IMG/VR virus record: IMGVR_UViG_3300021964_010186
Span: 15,124-79,123 of that record
Source: a virus
Strand: one strand, 5' to 3'
Length of the DNA stretch: 64,000 nt
In this document: piece after piece, positions 28,131 through 36,771 of the stretch
Layout of the letters: every line of letters starts with the position of its first letter
How positions within the stretch are numbered: position 1 is the first letter of the stretch
Notes under the pieces: generated by a model
Database searches by the model: none
What the model was told of the DNA's origin: nothing
Seen by the model: the letters and a program-made list of their open reading frames with translations, nothing else
Made by a program: the position numbers and the translations under genes

Positions 28131-28447
28131 CAGTCACCCCTTTTTTCAAATGTCTTTGACATCTGATGGTACGAACTAATGGCCTCCTGGTTTCTTTCTA
28201 TCAATGTTTGTAGGAATCCTAAGGGATCCGTGATCTCCACGGGATTTTGATTTGTGTCCAAAACAAAAAACTTGTCTGCGGTTTCCTTCAGTGTCCTCAC
28301 CAGACAGATGGTCTCAGCGTCCGCACGGAAGATGTGTTCATTGTACACCACCACCATTCGTGAGTGTGCCTTCTCCAAGGCGTTGCGCTTGGCAACCGCT
28401 ATGTCATAGGATAAGTCTGATTGTTTTTTTAGTTCGCCAATGTCCAT
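28130..28447 (-). CDS. hypothetical protein, first gene of the glycan/rSAM operon
   Basis: Start moved to MDIGEL (28447), 6 nt downstream of a TATAAT box. Confidence 0.7.
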   Translation of the reverse strand: MDIGELKKQSDLSYDIAVAKRNALEKAHSRMVVVYNEHIFRADAETICLVRTLKETADKFFVLDTNQNPVEITDPLGFLQTLIERNQEAISSYHQMSKTFEKRGD

Positions 28448-28453
28448 ACCACA

Positions 28454-28482
28454 ATTATACAATAATTATGGTGTGTGATCAA
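28454..28482 (-). promoter_or_regulatory. sigma70-type promoter of the glycan/rSAM operon
   Basis: On - strand TTGATC (28482-28477), 17 nt spacer, TATAAT (28459-28454), then 6 nt to ATG. Confidence 0.7.
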
Positions 28483-28498
28483 CCTGGTAAAAAAATTA

Positions 28499-29485
28499 TT
28501 ACGTCGTTGTACCGGTGGGGTTGCTTTCGTTGCCTACCGTGCTGTGTGCGTACACCACGCTCAGTCCCTCTGACGTGTTTGGTGTTATCGCGAAGAGGTT
28601 GGTCACCATCCTAGGAGTGTCGTTGATCGCCGGCGCAACACCATCAAAATTGGGGTTATCGTACTGTTGGTCACCCGCTGGATCACTGGCCACCATCTTG
28701 ATGACCATGGTCACTGACGTGCCTGGTGCCGCGTCCAACTTGGCAGATATCTGCACCGTGTTCGACGTGTAGGCGGAGTTGTCTGATGTTAGTATGATAA
28801 GTTCCTGATAACTCGTGGTCAGGTCATGGAAACCCAATGTAAGTCCCGAACCGCCTGAACTTGGACTCTCGCCTGATCCCGATCTCGTAGTGGCCTGTGC
28901 GCCGATGTCGATGTTGCCCAGGGCCGTGCCCAGGTCTATGAATGCTTGGTCTTTGGGATTGGTGGAAGCCTGCGTGGTGCTGGTCACTATCCTGACCTTG
29001 CCGCCCGCGTTGAAGAACCATCTCATCTGATCCGCCGATGACCACGTGATGCTGTGTTCGTGGGTGGCCGTGTTGTCCCAGCCCTCTGATGCTGTGGTGA
29101 TGGTCTGCAATGATGTTCCTAGTGTCAGTCCACCGCCTATAACAGCGCCCGTACAACCACCCGCTACCGATGCCGCCAGTGTGGCTAGGTCCGCCTCCAC
29201 AGCCGCCTTGATGGCTATGGTGTCTCCCGCTGAAACCTGTGTTCTTGTTGTAAGAGTGTCATTGGTGTGATTGGCGATGTTGTCCATGCCGGTGAAAAGT
29301 GTGTTCCACTGTGATGCTGTGATTGTTCCCGCACCCGATGAAACTGTTGGAATCGCTGTCTGTCCAAGACCGTGTACTCCCGATCCTGTGCCCGCGAAAT
29401 GGTTGTACCCAAATGGTGAACTTGAACTGTTCACGAAAGTGTTGTATTCTGTTGCTAATATCGTGTCACCTGCTACGTATGCCAT
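28499..29485 (-). CDS. virion structural protein (tail/baseplate-associated)
   Basis: MAY start, S/T/G/A-rich, ITASQWN.L and WFFNAGG blocks; last gene of the fibre cluster. Confidence 0.65.
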   Translation of the reverse strand: MAYVAGDTILATEYNTFVNSSSSPFGYNHFAGTGSGVHGLGQTAIPTVSSGAGTITASQWNTLFTGMDNIANHTNDTLTTRTQVSAGDTIAIKAAVEADLATLAASVAGGCTGAVIGGGLTLGTSLQTITTASEGWDNTATHEHSITWSSADQMRWFFNAGGKVRIVTSTTQASTNPKDQAFIDLGTALGNIDIGAQATTRSGSGESPSSGGSGLTLGFHDLTTSYQELIILTSDNSAYTSNTVQISAKLDAAPGTSVTMVIKMVASDPAGDQQYDNPNFDGVAPAINDTPRMVTNLFAITPNTSEGLSVVYAHSTVGNESNPTGTTT

Positions 29486-29489
29486 AAAT

Positions 29490-31118
29490 TTATTTCACTC
29501 CTATCACGCACTCCGTCAGTGCTGTTTCTTCGTTATATTTATCCTTGATCAGCCTGCCCAGGGTGTTAAAAGCGGTACATTCATCCAGGCCAGCAACTCG
29601 TGCCTCACCGTTCCCAGCACTCACTATGCGGTCTCCCGCCTTGCCCGTGCCCTTTAGTTTGACCAAAACACGCCCTTTCAGTGCGATCATGGGGTGTGTG
29701 TCGTTGTTTCCGGCCTGTGCGTTCATCAAGAACGCCGGACTCTCAGACACAACACCGAAAACACTGTCGTCTAATTCCTTGTTGCACTTGGTTATCTCCG
29801 CGTGTCCGCCTAGGATGACCACATCTCCCACTGATAATTCACAGTCGGCCTCGTATCGCTCGGCCAAGTCCGCGTACTGTGCCGACGTTGACGTGGCGTG
29901 TACCACGTTGGCCCTGATGTCCACCAACGTGGGTGCTTCCAGTTCCGTGTCGGTCTGTGACGACTTGAACGCCGTCCAGGCACCGCCCGAGTTTCCATAT
30001 ATTGTAGTGCCATCGTCCGCGAACGTCTCGTCCCACACCCAATAGAGGTTCTGTTCAGTCGCTGACGACAGTTCTCCCCTGTTGACCTTCAGGCCTGTGT
30101 AGTTGGGCATTGATGCCGCCGTTGATATGTTCCTGTTCAATTCTATGATGTTGTCTTCCACCGACAGTGTGGTGGTGTTGATTATGGTCTGCGTGCCATC
30201 AACTGTCAGATTGCCCACTCTCAGATCTTCTATCCTACCTGTTGACCCTGTAATCCTTAATGCTTCTTTTGTTGTGCCACCGTCGTTGACCGTGAATATG
30301 ATGTCCTTGTCCTGCGTGGTCTGTGCTATGGTGAAGTCGTCACTGGTCAAGGTCATTGTGATGTCGTTGCCCGCACCTATCCTCAAACCGTCGTCGGTCT
30401 GTATAGTGATCTGCCCCGTTGTTGTGTCTGCCGTGTTCGATCTCAGGTAGTTGGCCGCAACCACTCCTCCCAGTGCGTCTGAGTCCGTCGCTGTTCCACG
30501 GAACTTGGCGCTGGACACCGTTGATGAAAGTTGTATTCCCTGTGCTATCGTGGAGAATCCTCCAGATATCAGTGCGGCACCAAGAGTCTCTGTGGAACTT
30601 GGAGTGAAAGCGAGGTTGGATACCACGCCCACAACCGTGTCATTGGCCACCAGTTTAAGTATTGACCTTTTCACACCTGTGTTGTCCTCTGGAGATTCCG
30701 ATATGACCTGTGTCACGCCTGATCCCGCTACCGTGGTCGGTCCGATCAAGGTCCATGCTGATCCTGTGTAAACGTACAACTGTGTGTTGGACGTGTCGAA
30801 CCACATGTCTCCTAGCACTGCATTCGCTGGTGCCGTGGCAGAGTTGGTTGTCGATCCCACCGGTTTCCATTTGGATCCCGTGTAGACGTTGATCTGGTTG
30901 TTGGTCTTGTCATACCACATCTGACCCTGTACCTTGTTGGTGGGTGCCGTGGTGTTGTTGAAATTCTCTAGGAGTTTGATCAGGTTCTCATTCAGTTTCT
31001 CACCGAAACCCGCGTAACCTTTTCCGATCAAGGTGAGGTCTGTGGTGGCCACGTCTATGGTGCCGTCGGCCAGTGTGACCAGTAGGGTTCCAAATGTGTT
31101 GTTTATTTTGTAAGCCAT
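29490..31118 (-). CDS. tail fibre protein with C-terminal intramolecular-chaperone (peptidase G2-like) domain
   Basis: N-terminus paralogous to the other fibres (GKGYAGFGE..NENL.KLLENF, GQMWYD, GDMWFD); C-terminal SAQYADLAERY...GVVSESPAFLMN...IALKGRV. Confidence 0.8.
   Translation of the reverse strand: MAYKINNTFGTLLVTLADGTIDVATTDLTLIGKGYAGFGEKLNENLIKLLENFNNTTAPTNKVQGQMWYDKTNNQINVYTGSKWKPVGSTTNSATAPANAVLGDMWFDTSNTQLYVYTGSAWTLIGPTTVAGSGVTQVISESPEDNTGVKRSILKLVANDTVVGVVSNLAFTPSSTETLGAALISGGFSTIAQGIQLSSTVSSAKFRGTATDSDALGGVVAANYLRSNTADTTTGQITIQTDDGLRIGAGNDITMTLTSDDFTIAQTTQDKDIIFTVNDGGTTKEALRITGSTGRIEDLRVGNLTVDGTQTIINTTTLSVEDNIIELNRNISTAASMPNYTGLKVNRGELSSATEQNLYWVWDETFADDGTTIYGNSGGAWTAFKSSQTDTELEAPTLVDIRANVVHATSTSAQYADLAERYEADCELSVGDVVILGGHAEITKCNKELDDSVFGVVSESPAFLMNAQAGNNDTHPMIALKGRVLVKLKGTGKAGDRIVSAGNGEARVAGLDECTAFNTLGRLIKDKYNEETALTECVIGVK
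30442..30479. repeat. sequence block shared between fibre paralogues (second copy 35373-35410)
   Basis: CTCAGGTAGTTGGCCGC and CCCAGTGCGTC are identical in both; encodes DALGGVxAANYLR. Confidence 0.7.
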
Positions 31119-31303
31119 TAACTATCGTCCCTTATTGCTATCAGTATACTGACATCACCCAATGTGTCTATTAGAGTTTCTACTAAAAGTTTTTTACCAG
31201 GATGATTCTTTATTGAATCCTCTAGAGTTTTTATCTCTCCTGCTGTCAACACGGTTTCTATGTTGGCGTTTATGTAGTCGGACACATCATTCTTGGTGAT
31301 CAT
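31118..31303 (-). CDS. small hypothetical protein, 61 aa
   Basis: Start moved to MITKND (31303, TAATG coupling). Confidence 0.65.
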   Translation of the reverse strand: MITKNDVSDYINANIETVLTAGEIKTLEDSIKNHPGKKLLVETLIDTLGDVSILIAIRDDS

Positions 31304-31530
31304 TACTCGTTGCTCCCGTTCTTGGCCAATCTCTCCACCATGATAGTGTCTCCGACTAGTTTCTGTAGTATGACCGCTATCTCTGGTGACATCCAATTCT
31401 GCATAAGTCCTATCCTAGTGGCGGAATAACCCTCTGCCGCTGGTTCTTCCCAATAGGTGACATGGGCATCGTCATCGCCCTTTTCCCACTGGTTGTTCAG
31501 GTATTCTGTTACTTGTTCCTTGGTTGCCAT
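31303..31530 (-). CDS. small hypothetical protein, 75 aa
   Basis: MATKEQVTEYLN...; preceded by TAAATA. Confidence 0.7.
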   Translation of the reverse strand: MATKEQVTEYLNNQWEKGDDDAHVTYWEEPAAEGYSATRIGLMQNWMSPEIAVILQKLVGDTIMVERLAKNGSNE

Positions 31531-31535
31531 ACTTG

Positions 31536-31541
31536 TATTTA
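31536..31541 (-). promoter_or_regulatory. putative late promoter TAAATA
   Basis: TAAATA 5 nt upstream of ATG 31530. Confidence 0.55.
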
Positions 31542-33104
31542 ATAGTCTTTTAGTAGTAATTTATACCTGTCTTTTACAAACGGTTTCGCGACGAATCCCA
31601 GTACATAGCAGAAGGATTCACCTATGAATCTTGCCACTTTGCCAAAAACACTTCCCACGGGTCTGCCTCCCATTTTGTAGGATATCTCTTTGCCCCTCTC
31701 TTGGGCACAAAGCAGTGTCCACCATATCCAGAACCTTGCCCAGATCGTTTTAGAATTTTCATTTTTCTCCATCCACTTCACTAAGGGCAACGCCCATAGC
31801 CAGTATCCAATTTTGACATTTTCACTTAGATGCTGTCTCGACCATTCATAGTCGCATTGTAGATCTGTGAGATTGAACAGTCCCTTATGATAGAAATAAG
31901 TGCAGATCACACGTGGATTACTTCCACTGCCCTTGTCGGTGTTGCCCTGTGAGGTTCCTAACCAAACGGCCTCCACTCCCTCGATACCACCCCATTCCTG
32001 TCGTCCGATTCTAGGAGTGGCCACCCTCAGATCATTGTCTCCTCCAGTATCGACACTAGTGTACGAAGGGGCCACTGGGGTACCAGCCACTCCCGCCGTC
32101 CCTGATGTGGGATTTCCTGTGGCATCACCAAATAATGCATAATTTATTGTGAACAACACATCAGACGCGAATATGGCCTTCCACTGTCCCGACACTTTGG
32201 TGTATGCCGCCGTGATGTTCTTCCACGTGCCCGATACCTTGTGATACATGCTGTTCAATTTTTTCCAAGCACCACCTACCTTGTAGTTGGATGCTGACGG
32301 TATGTTGAAAATCAGTACTGCTCTACCATTGCCTCCTGCTGTCTGTGATGTTCCTCCTACTGCTACTCCTGTTGCGTAATATCCACTTGCTGTGCCTCCT
32401 GGTGTCACACCAGAACCGTCGTCTGATGAACCTGAAGCGGGCACGGTGTTTGATCCTGCCCTTCCTCCGAATGCTCCTATATCTCCCTGATCTCCCGATC
32501 CTCCAGTGCCTCCATCGGCACCACCACCACCTGCACCGGCTCCTCCACCATCTGCGTTGTGTCCTGCCCCGTTCTCTCCCAGCGTGCCTGGTGTGGCCGC
32601 TGTGGGATTGTTACTGTTTGCTCCTACACCTCCTGTTGATAACCTACCGGCACCACCACCTCCGGCTCCACCGCCCGCTATTGCTAACACTGTGTTGTCT
32701 ACCGACTCCCCGTCGGCGAATATTGAAACTATCGTGGCACCGCCGCCACCGCCGCCTGAACCTGAGGCTCCTGTGGGACCGGATGGTCCTCCCGTTCCCC
32801 CTGAATATGCTGTGAGACTCTTGCCATTTGTTCCACCCGCGGCTCCACTACCTGAAGTTCCGCCCTTGCCACCACCTCCTACTGCAACTGCGATGTTTTT
32901 GATGCCGGCATATGATGTCATGTCTATGTCTGTTTTTGTCACGTAGTGACCAGCGGATCCCGAGCCACCATCACCACCTGCGTCTGCGCCTCCGCCTCCG
33001 CCAGCACCTGCCCAAAGGTGTACTGTTAGAGTTGTGGTCCCAGCAGGAACTTCTGCTATCCTTACTCCGCCTTCGTATGTGAAAGTCTTAGTTACTATGG
33101 CCAT
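31539..33104 (-). CDS. glycine-rich tail-fibre adhesin (gp38-like) with extra C-terminal domain
   Basis: GAGGGGG repeats, WKKLNSMYHKVSGTWKNITAAYTKVSGQWK repeat, then a VICT...GYWLWA domain. Confidence 0.72.
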   Translation of the reverse strand: MAIVTKTFTYEGGVRIAEVPAGTTTLTVHLWAGAGGGGGADAGGDGGSGSAGHYVTKTDIDMTSYAGIKNIAVAVGGGGKGGTSGSGAAGGTNGKSLTAYSGGTGGPSGPTGASGSGGGGGGATIVSIFADGESVDNTVLAIAGGGAGGGGAGRLSTGGVGANSNNPTAATPGTLGENGAGHNADGGGAGAGGGGADGGTGGSGDQGDIGAFGGRAGSNTVPASGSSDDGSGVTPGGTASGYYATGVAVGGTSQTAGGNGRAVLIFNIPSASNYKVGGAWKKLNSMYHKVSGTWKNITAAYTKVSGQWKAIFASDVLFTINYALFGDATGNPTSGTAGVAGTPVAPSYTSVDTGGDNDLRVATPRIGRQEWGGIEGVEAVWLGTSQGNTDKGSGSNPRVICTYFYHKGLFNLTDLQCDYEWSRQHLSENVKIGYWLWALPLVKWMEKNENSKTIWARFWIWWTLLCAQERGKEISYKMGGRPVGSVFGKVARFIGESFCYVLGFVAKPFVKDRYKLLLKDY

Positions 33105-33108
33105 GGGA

Positions 33109-34524
33109 TTACACCTCCCTTACGAACCAAAAGTCCCCGTCATTACCATCTCCGCTTGTCGGCGCGGATGTTGAAACTGTTTTTAGAGACCCACCCCATT
33201 GATTGCTGAGGGTAGCCACCGCACCTATTGTAGGTACATTTAGGTTTGAAGTGTCAGTGTATGTTATGGATCCAACCGCACCCAAAGTTGCAGAAGTCAC
33301 TTTTACGTTACCCGCCGCTGATGTCTTTAGAACCTTTTCTTTGTTTGCGTCACCGTCGGCTACAGCATCCGATAATCTAATCACTTGTGAATAAGTTCCG
33401 TTTTCTCCCGCCGTCCAGTAGTTCTCCGAAACATCATAGAACATTCTGGCGTCATCAGTGTCTGATGTCTCAACAATCAGTCCCGCATCCGCTTCGCTGT
33501 TTCCGGAGTTTACTTTAATGAATGCATCATCGTACGTTGAAACGTTTGAAACTGAACTGTTGTATTCTCCTGATATGTTTAAATTACCTGATATCGTCAC
33601 ATCACCTGTGAGTGTGATGTTTCCTGAAGCACCTGTGAATGCCAATGGTGTTTTGGTCACACCGCCATCATTGATTGTGAAACTTAAATCCTTATCTTCT
33701 GATGTCTGTGCTATGGTCACATGGTTGCTTGAAACCGATATGGTAAGTTCTTGTGCATCACCCACAATGATTCCAGTGTCGTTGTCTACGGTCAGTGCAC
33801 CTGTTGTGGTATCAGAGGCATCTGCCCTTAGGAAGTTTCCACCAGCGATTATGCTCGCTGATGTATTTGTTGTGGAAGAAACATCAATAGATGAAGCCTG
33901 TGTGCTTGATCCTTCAAAAACTGAGCCTAACGTTGAATTTAAAGTTATTCCCGCTTTGATCTGGGAGAAACCCGCTTGTGATACCGAAGGTGTGAAAGTT
34001 TCTTTAGAAAGTATCGCTACCCTTGTACCTCCTGCGTACATTGAAGAGACAACTTTGTTACCACCTGAACTAGCCAGCGTCTCGATCTTCCAACCCGACT
34101 GTGTCTGACCTGCTGTAAAGGCCGGTCCTACTAGTTCCCACTTGTCATTGACTTGGTGAGATCTAGAATCTCCTGTGTAGACGAAAACTTGATCGTTTGT
34201 AGAATCTAACCAAAGGTCTCCCGCTGATGGTGATGTTGGCAGTGTTGAACTGGCCCTAGCACCGCCTGTGGGTTTGAAGCTCGTGCCATCGTAAACTTTT
34301 ATAGTGTTAGAGTTGGTGTCAAACCATAACTCTCCCTTTAGAGGTGATGTGGGTGCAGAGGTTGAAGCGGCGTTCTCTAATAGTTTAACAAGGTTCTCGT
34401 TAAGACCTTCACCAAAACCTGAATATGATTTTCCAAACAACTGCAACGAAGTGGTATTGTCCACTGTTCCGTCTGTGATAGTTGTTACTACTGTCCCGTC
34501 TGTTTTGTTAATTGTGTACGCCAT
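33109..34524 (-). CDS. tail fibre protein
   Basis: MAYTINKTDG, GELWFD, GDLWLD; C-terminal STSAPTSGDGNDGDFWF motif directly upstream of the adhesin gene. Confidence 0.8.
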   Translation of the reverse strand: MAYTINKTDGTVVTTITDGTVDNTTSLQLFGKSYSGFGEGLNENLVKLLENAASTSAPTSPLKGELWFDTNSNTIKVYDGTSFKPTGGARASSTLPTSPSAGDLWLDSTNDQVFVYTGDSRSHQVNDKWELVGPAFTAGQTQSGWKIETLASSGGNKVVSSMYAGGTRVAILSKETFTPSVSQAGFSQIKAGITLNSTLGSVFEGSSTQASSIDVSSTTNTSASIIAGGNFLRADASDTTTGALTVDNDTGIIVGDAQELTISVSSNHVTIAQTSEDKDLSFTINDGGVTKTPLAFTGASGNITLTGDVTISGNLNISGEYNSSVSNVSTYDDAFIKVNSGNSEADAGLIVETSDTDDARMFYDVSENYWTAGENGTYSQVIRLSDAVADGDANKEKVLKTSAAGNVKVTSATLGAVGSITYTDTSNLNVPTIGAVATLSNQWGGSLKTVSTSAPTSGDGNDGDFWFVREV

Positions 34525-34531
34525 TTGCTTA

Positions 34532-34537
34532 TATTTA
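34532..34537 (-). promoter_or_regulatory. putative late promoter TAAATA
   Basis: TAAATA 7 nt upstream of ATG 34524. Confidence 0.55.
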
Positions 34538-36031
34538 GCACCTTCCCACTACAATGTTAATTGTGCCTATTTCCTCCGATTCGTGGTCTTCTAATGCCTT
34601 TCCTATGATTGTTCCTGGTGCTGGATCATGTGCCTTTTCGGCCACGCCATGATGTTTCGCATGGGTTGACAGCATGTCACCTTTTCTTATGTGACCCGAA
34701 ACTTTACATTTTACTTTACCCATTAATGCCACGGGTAGACCTTCTGAACCTGAATTCATTAGGTAGGCAGGATTTTCACTGATCACTCCGGCAACTCTAG
34801 TATCGTTGCCCATTTTTGAAATCGTTATCTCTTTATTGCCGCCAAAGATCACGACCGTTCCCACTTCGTACTCCACGTCTGATTCGTAGATCTCCGCCAA
34901 GTCAGCGTACTGAGCCGATGTGGCTTTGGCGTAAACAGTGTTATAACCTTTTAGACTTGTGCCTATGTCATAACTGGCATCCGTGTCTGGTGTGATTGCC
35001 TTGGAAGTCAAAGTTCCTCCCATGGTCAACGTGGTCATCGAGTTGGCACCCGTGCTGGTGATGTTTCCAGTCACATTGCCTGTTAGTGGTCCTGCGAATG
35101 TTGTGGCTGTGACAGTTCCGGACACTTGTAATTTCGTGCTTGGGGTCGTCGTGCCTATACCCACCCTGGACTCTGATCCGTCTATAGTCATCACTGTTGT
35201 GGTCGTGCCACCATCATTCACTTTGAAAGTGATATCAGTGTCCTGTACTACGTTAGAAATTATTGCCCCTGTGGCATCCACCGTCAATGTTAGGTCACTG
35301 TCGGTTCCTACGATTAATCCACCGTCATTGGCTATCGATAAAGTTCCTGAAGTTGTGTCGTTGGCATTGGACCTCAGGTAGTTGGCCGCGGCCACACCGC
35401 CCAGTGCGTCCGCATCTGTGGCAGTACCTTGGAATTTTGTGTCTGCTATGGCTGTTGTAAGCGTGATACCCTTCTTGATAGTGGCGAATCCCGATAATGA
35501 GACTTTTGGTGTGAAGGTGTCTTCTGATATTATGGCTATGAGGTTACCATCATTGTACCACTTGGTGATGTTCTGACTGGCGTCCGTTGAGTCTAGTATG
35601 GTGTCAAAGGTGAAACCATTCGTCGTTCCCGTTGAACTCGGCGGTCCCACTAATACAGAAGCAGTTCCGTTGTAGAAATAGAGCTGTCCCGTGTCGGAGT
35701 CTATCCATAGATCCCCTTGTGTCAGTGATCCTGGTGCCGAGGACTGGTAGGGAACGTTACCACCCGACGGTACGAATCCCGATCCCGAGTAGACCTTCAA
35801 CCTGTTGGCCGAACTGTCATACCACAGTTGTCCTGTTATGGGTTTGGTTGGTGCGGAAGTGTTCGCGAAATTCTCTAACAAATGGAGGAAGTTCTCCGCT
35901 ATCAGTTCTCCGTAACCCGCATAGCCCTTGCCTATAAATGAGAGATCCGTCTGCGTGTTGACCACACCATCCTGTACTGTGTACTGGTTCGGTGATGACG
36001 AACTATTTGTCTTGTTGACCGTGTATGCCAT
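34535..36031 (-). CDS. tail fibre protein with C-terminal intramolecular-chaperone (peptidase G2-like) domain
   Basis: MAYTVNKT, GQLWYD, GDLWID, RVGIGTTTPSTKLQVSG, SAQYADLAEIY...AGVISENPAYLMN...VALMGKV. Confidence 0.8.
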   Translation of the reverse strand: MAYTVNKTNSSSSPNQYTVQDGVVNTQTDLSFIGKGYAGYGELIAENFLHLLENFANTSAPTKPITGQLWYDSSANRLKVYSGSGFVPSGGNVPYQSSAPGSLTQGDLWIDSDTGQLYFYNGTASVLVGPPSSTGTTNGFTFDTILDSTDASQNITKWYNDGNLIAIISEDTFTPKVSLSGFATIKKGITLTTAIADTKFQGTATDADALGGVAAANYLRSNANDTTSGTLSIANDGGLIVGTDSDLTLTVDATGAIISNVVQDTDITFKVNDGGTTTTVMTIDGSESRVGIGTTTPSTKLQVSGTVTATTFAGPLTGNVTGNITSTGANSMTTLTMGGTLTSKAITPDTDASYDIGTSLKGYNTVYAKATSAQYADLAEIYESDVEYEVGTVVIFGGNKEITISKMGNDTRVAGVISENPAYLMNSGSEGLPVALMGKVKCKVSGHIRKGDMLSTHAKHHGVAEKAHDPAPGTIIGKALEDHESEEIGTINIVVGRC

Positions 36032-36759
36032 TAGTATCCTGTGTTACCACCCGATGTTGTTCCGCTCACTGTGTTGGACGTTGACAGTGCTGTAGAACTT
36101 GTCTCGGTGAATGTTGTTAAACTCTGTATCCTCAGTGTGTAATCGATCTGTATCAGTCTGTTCAGTGACTTCTGTACCGGATGGAATATCACGTGTGTCA
36201 GTAACTTGTTGGTCGACCCGTTCTCCGTTCCTTCCCAACTCTTAAGACCCAGTTCATCGAAAACATAGTCGCCGTTGAAATCGGTGGTGTTGTCAAACGC
36301 GGCCTGTCCTGTGGGTTCACCATAGTCAAGTGTACAGGTAACCACTATGTCTGTGTACTTGTTGCCCGCCGTGTGTCTCACTTCCATCTTGTTCCTGGTT
36401 GTGTCCTTGTTTGTGGCCGAGTTGTCGTCGATCACTTTATAGTATGTCTGATTGTAAAGTGAAGCATTGGTTCCTGTCGAGTTAGGTGTGAGGTAAGTGA
36501 TGATACCCGTTGGGTCAACGCTTGTGCCTCCGTTGCCAAACGCCATCTCGTGTACGAATCCTGTGGTCTTGTTTGCAAGAGAATTTGCCAGCGCCTGAGA
36601 CATGTTTTCGTAGTGTATCGCGTTCCTCTTGTCAACGATCACTTCGCCCGTCTCTGGATCGAAAATCTTTATGTGCCCCGTCATCATAACACCCGTGTTA
36701 TCCTGAGGCTTGTTGTTCTCTTCTTTTGTTTCAGTTGGTTTGTTGTCTTGCTGTGTCAT
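36031..36759 (-). CDS. baseplate/fibre-attachment structural protein
   Basis: GHIKIFD, NAIHYENMS, MAFGNGG, FDELGL, LLTHVIFHPVQKSLNR; lies between wedge and fibre genes. Confidence 0.65.
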   Translation of the reverse strand: MTQQDNKPTETKEENNKPQDNTGVMMTGHIKIFDPETGEVIVDKRNAIHYENMSQALANSLANKTTGFVHEMAFGNGGTSVDPTGIITYLTPNSTGTNASLYNQTYYKVIDDNSATNKDTTRNKMEVRHTAGNKYTDIVVTCTLDYGEPTGQAAFDNTTDFNGDYVFDELGLKSWEGTENGSTNKLLTHVIFHPVQKSLNRLIQIDYTLRIQSLTTFTETSSTALSTSNTVSGTTSGGNTGY

Positions 36760-36765
36760 CTAGTG

Positions 36766-36771
36766 TATTTA
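36766..36771 (-). promoter_or_regulatory. putative late promoter TAAATA
   Basis: TAAATA 6 nt upstream of ATG 36759. Confidence 0.55.

Noticed and set aside
9622-28447. Bacterial O-antigen/capsule locus or a chimeric assembly
   Set aside because: No wzx/wzy/ABC exporter or priming transferase; the genes adjoin phage genes on both sides and mostly share their codon style.
29490-36031. Diversity-generating retroelement or invertible shufflon acting on fibres
   Set aside because: No reverse transcriptase, recombinase, adenine-specific TR/VR pair or inverted sites; similarities are ordinary paralogy.
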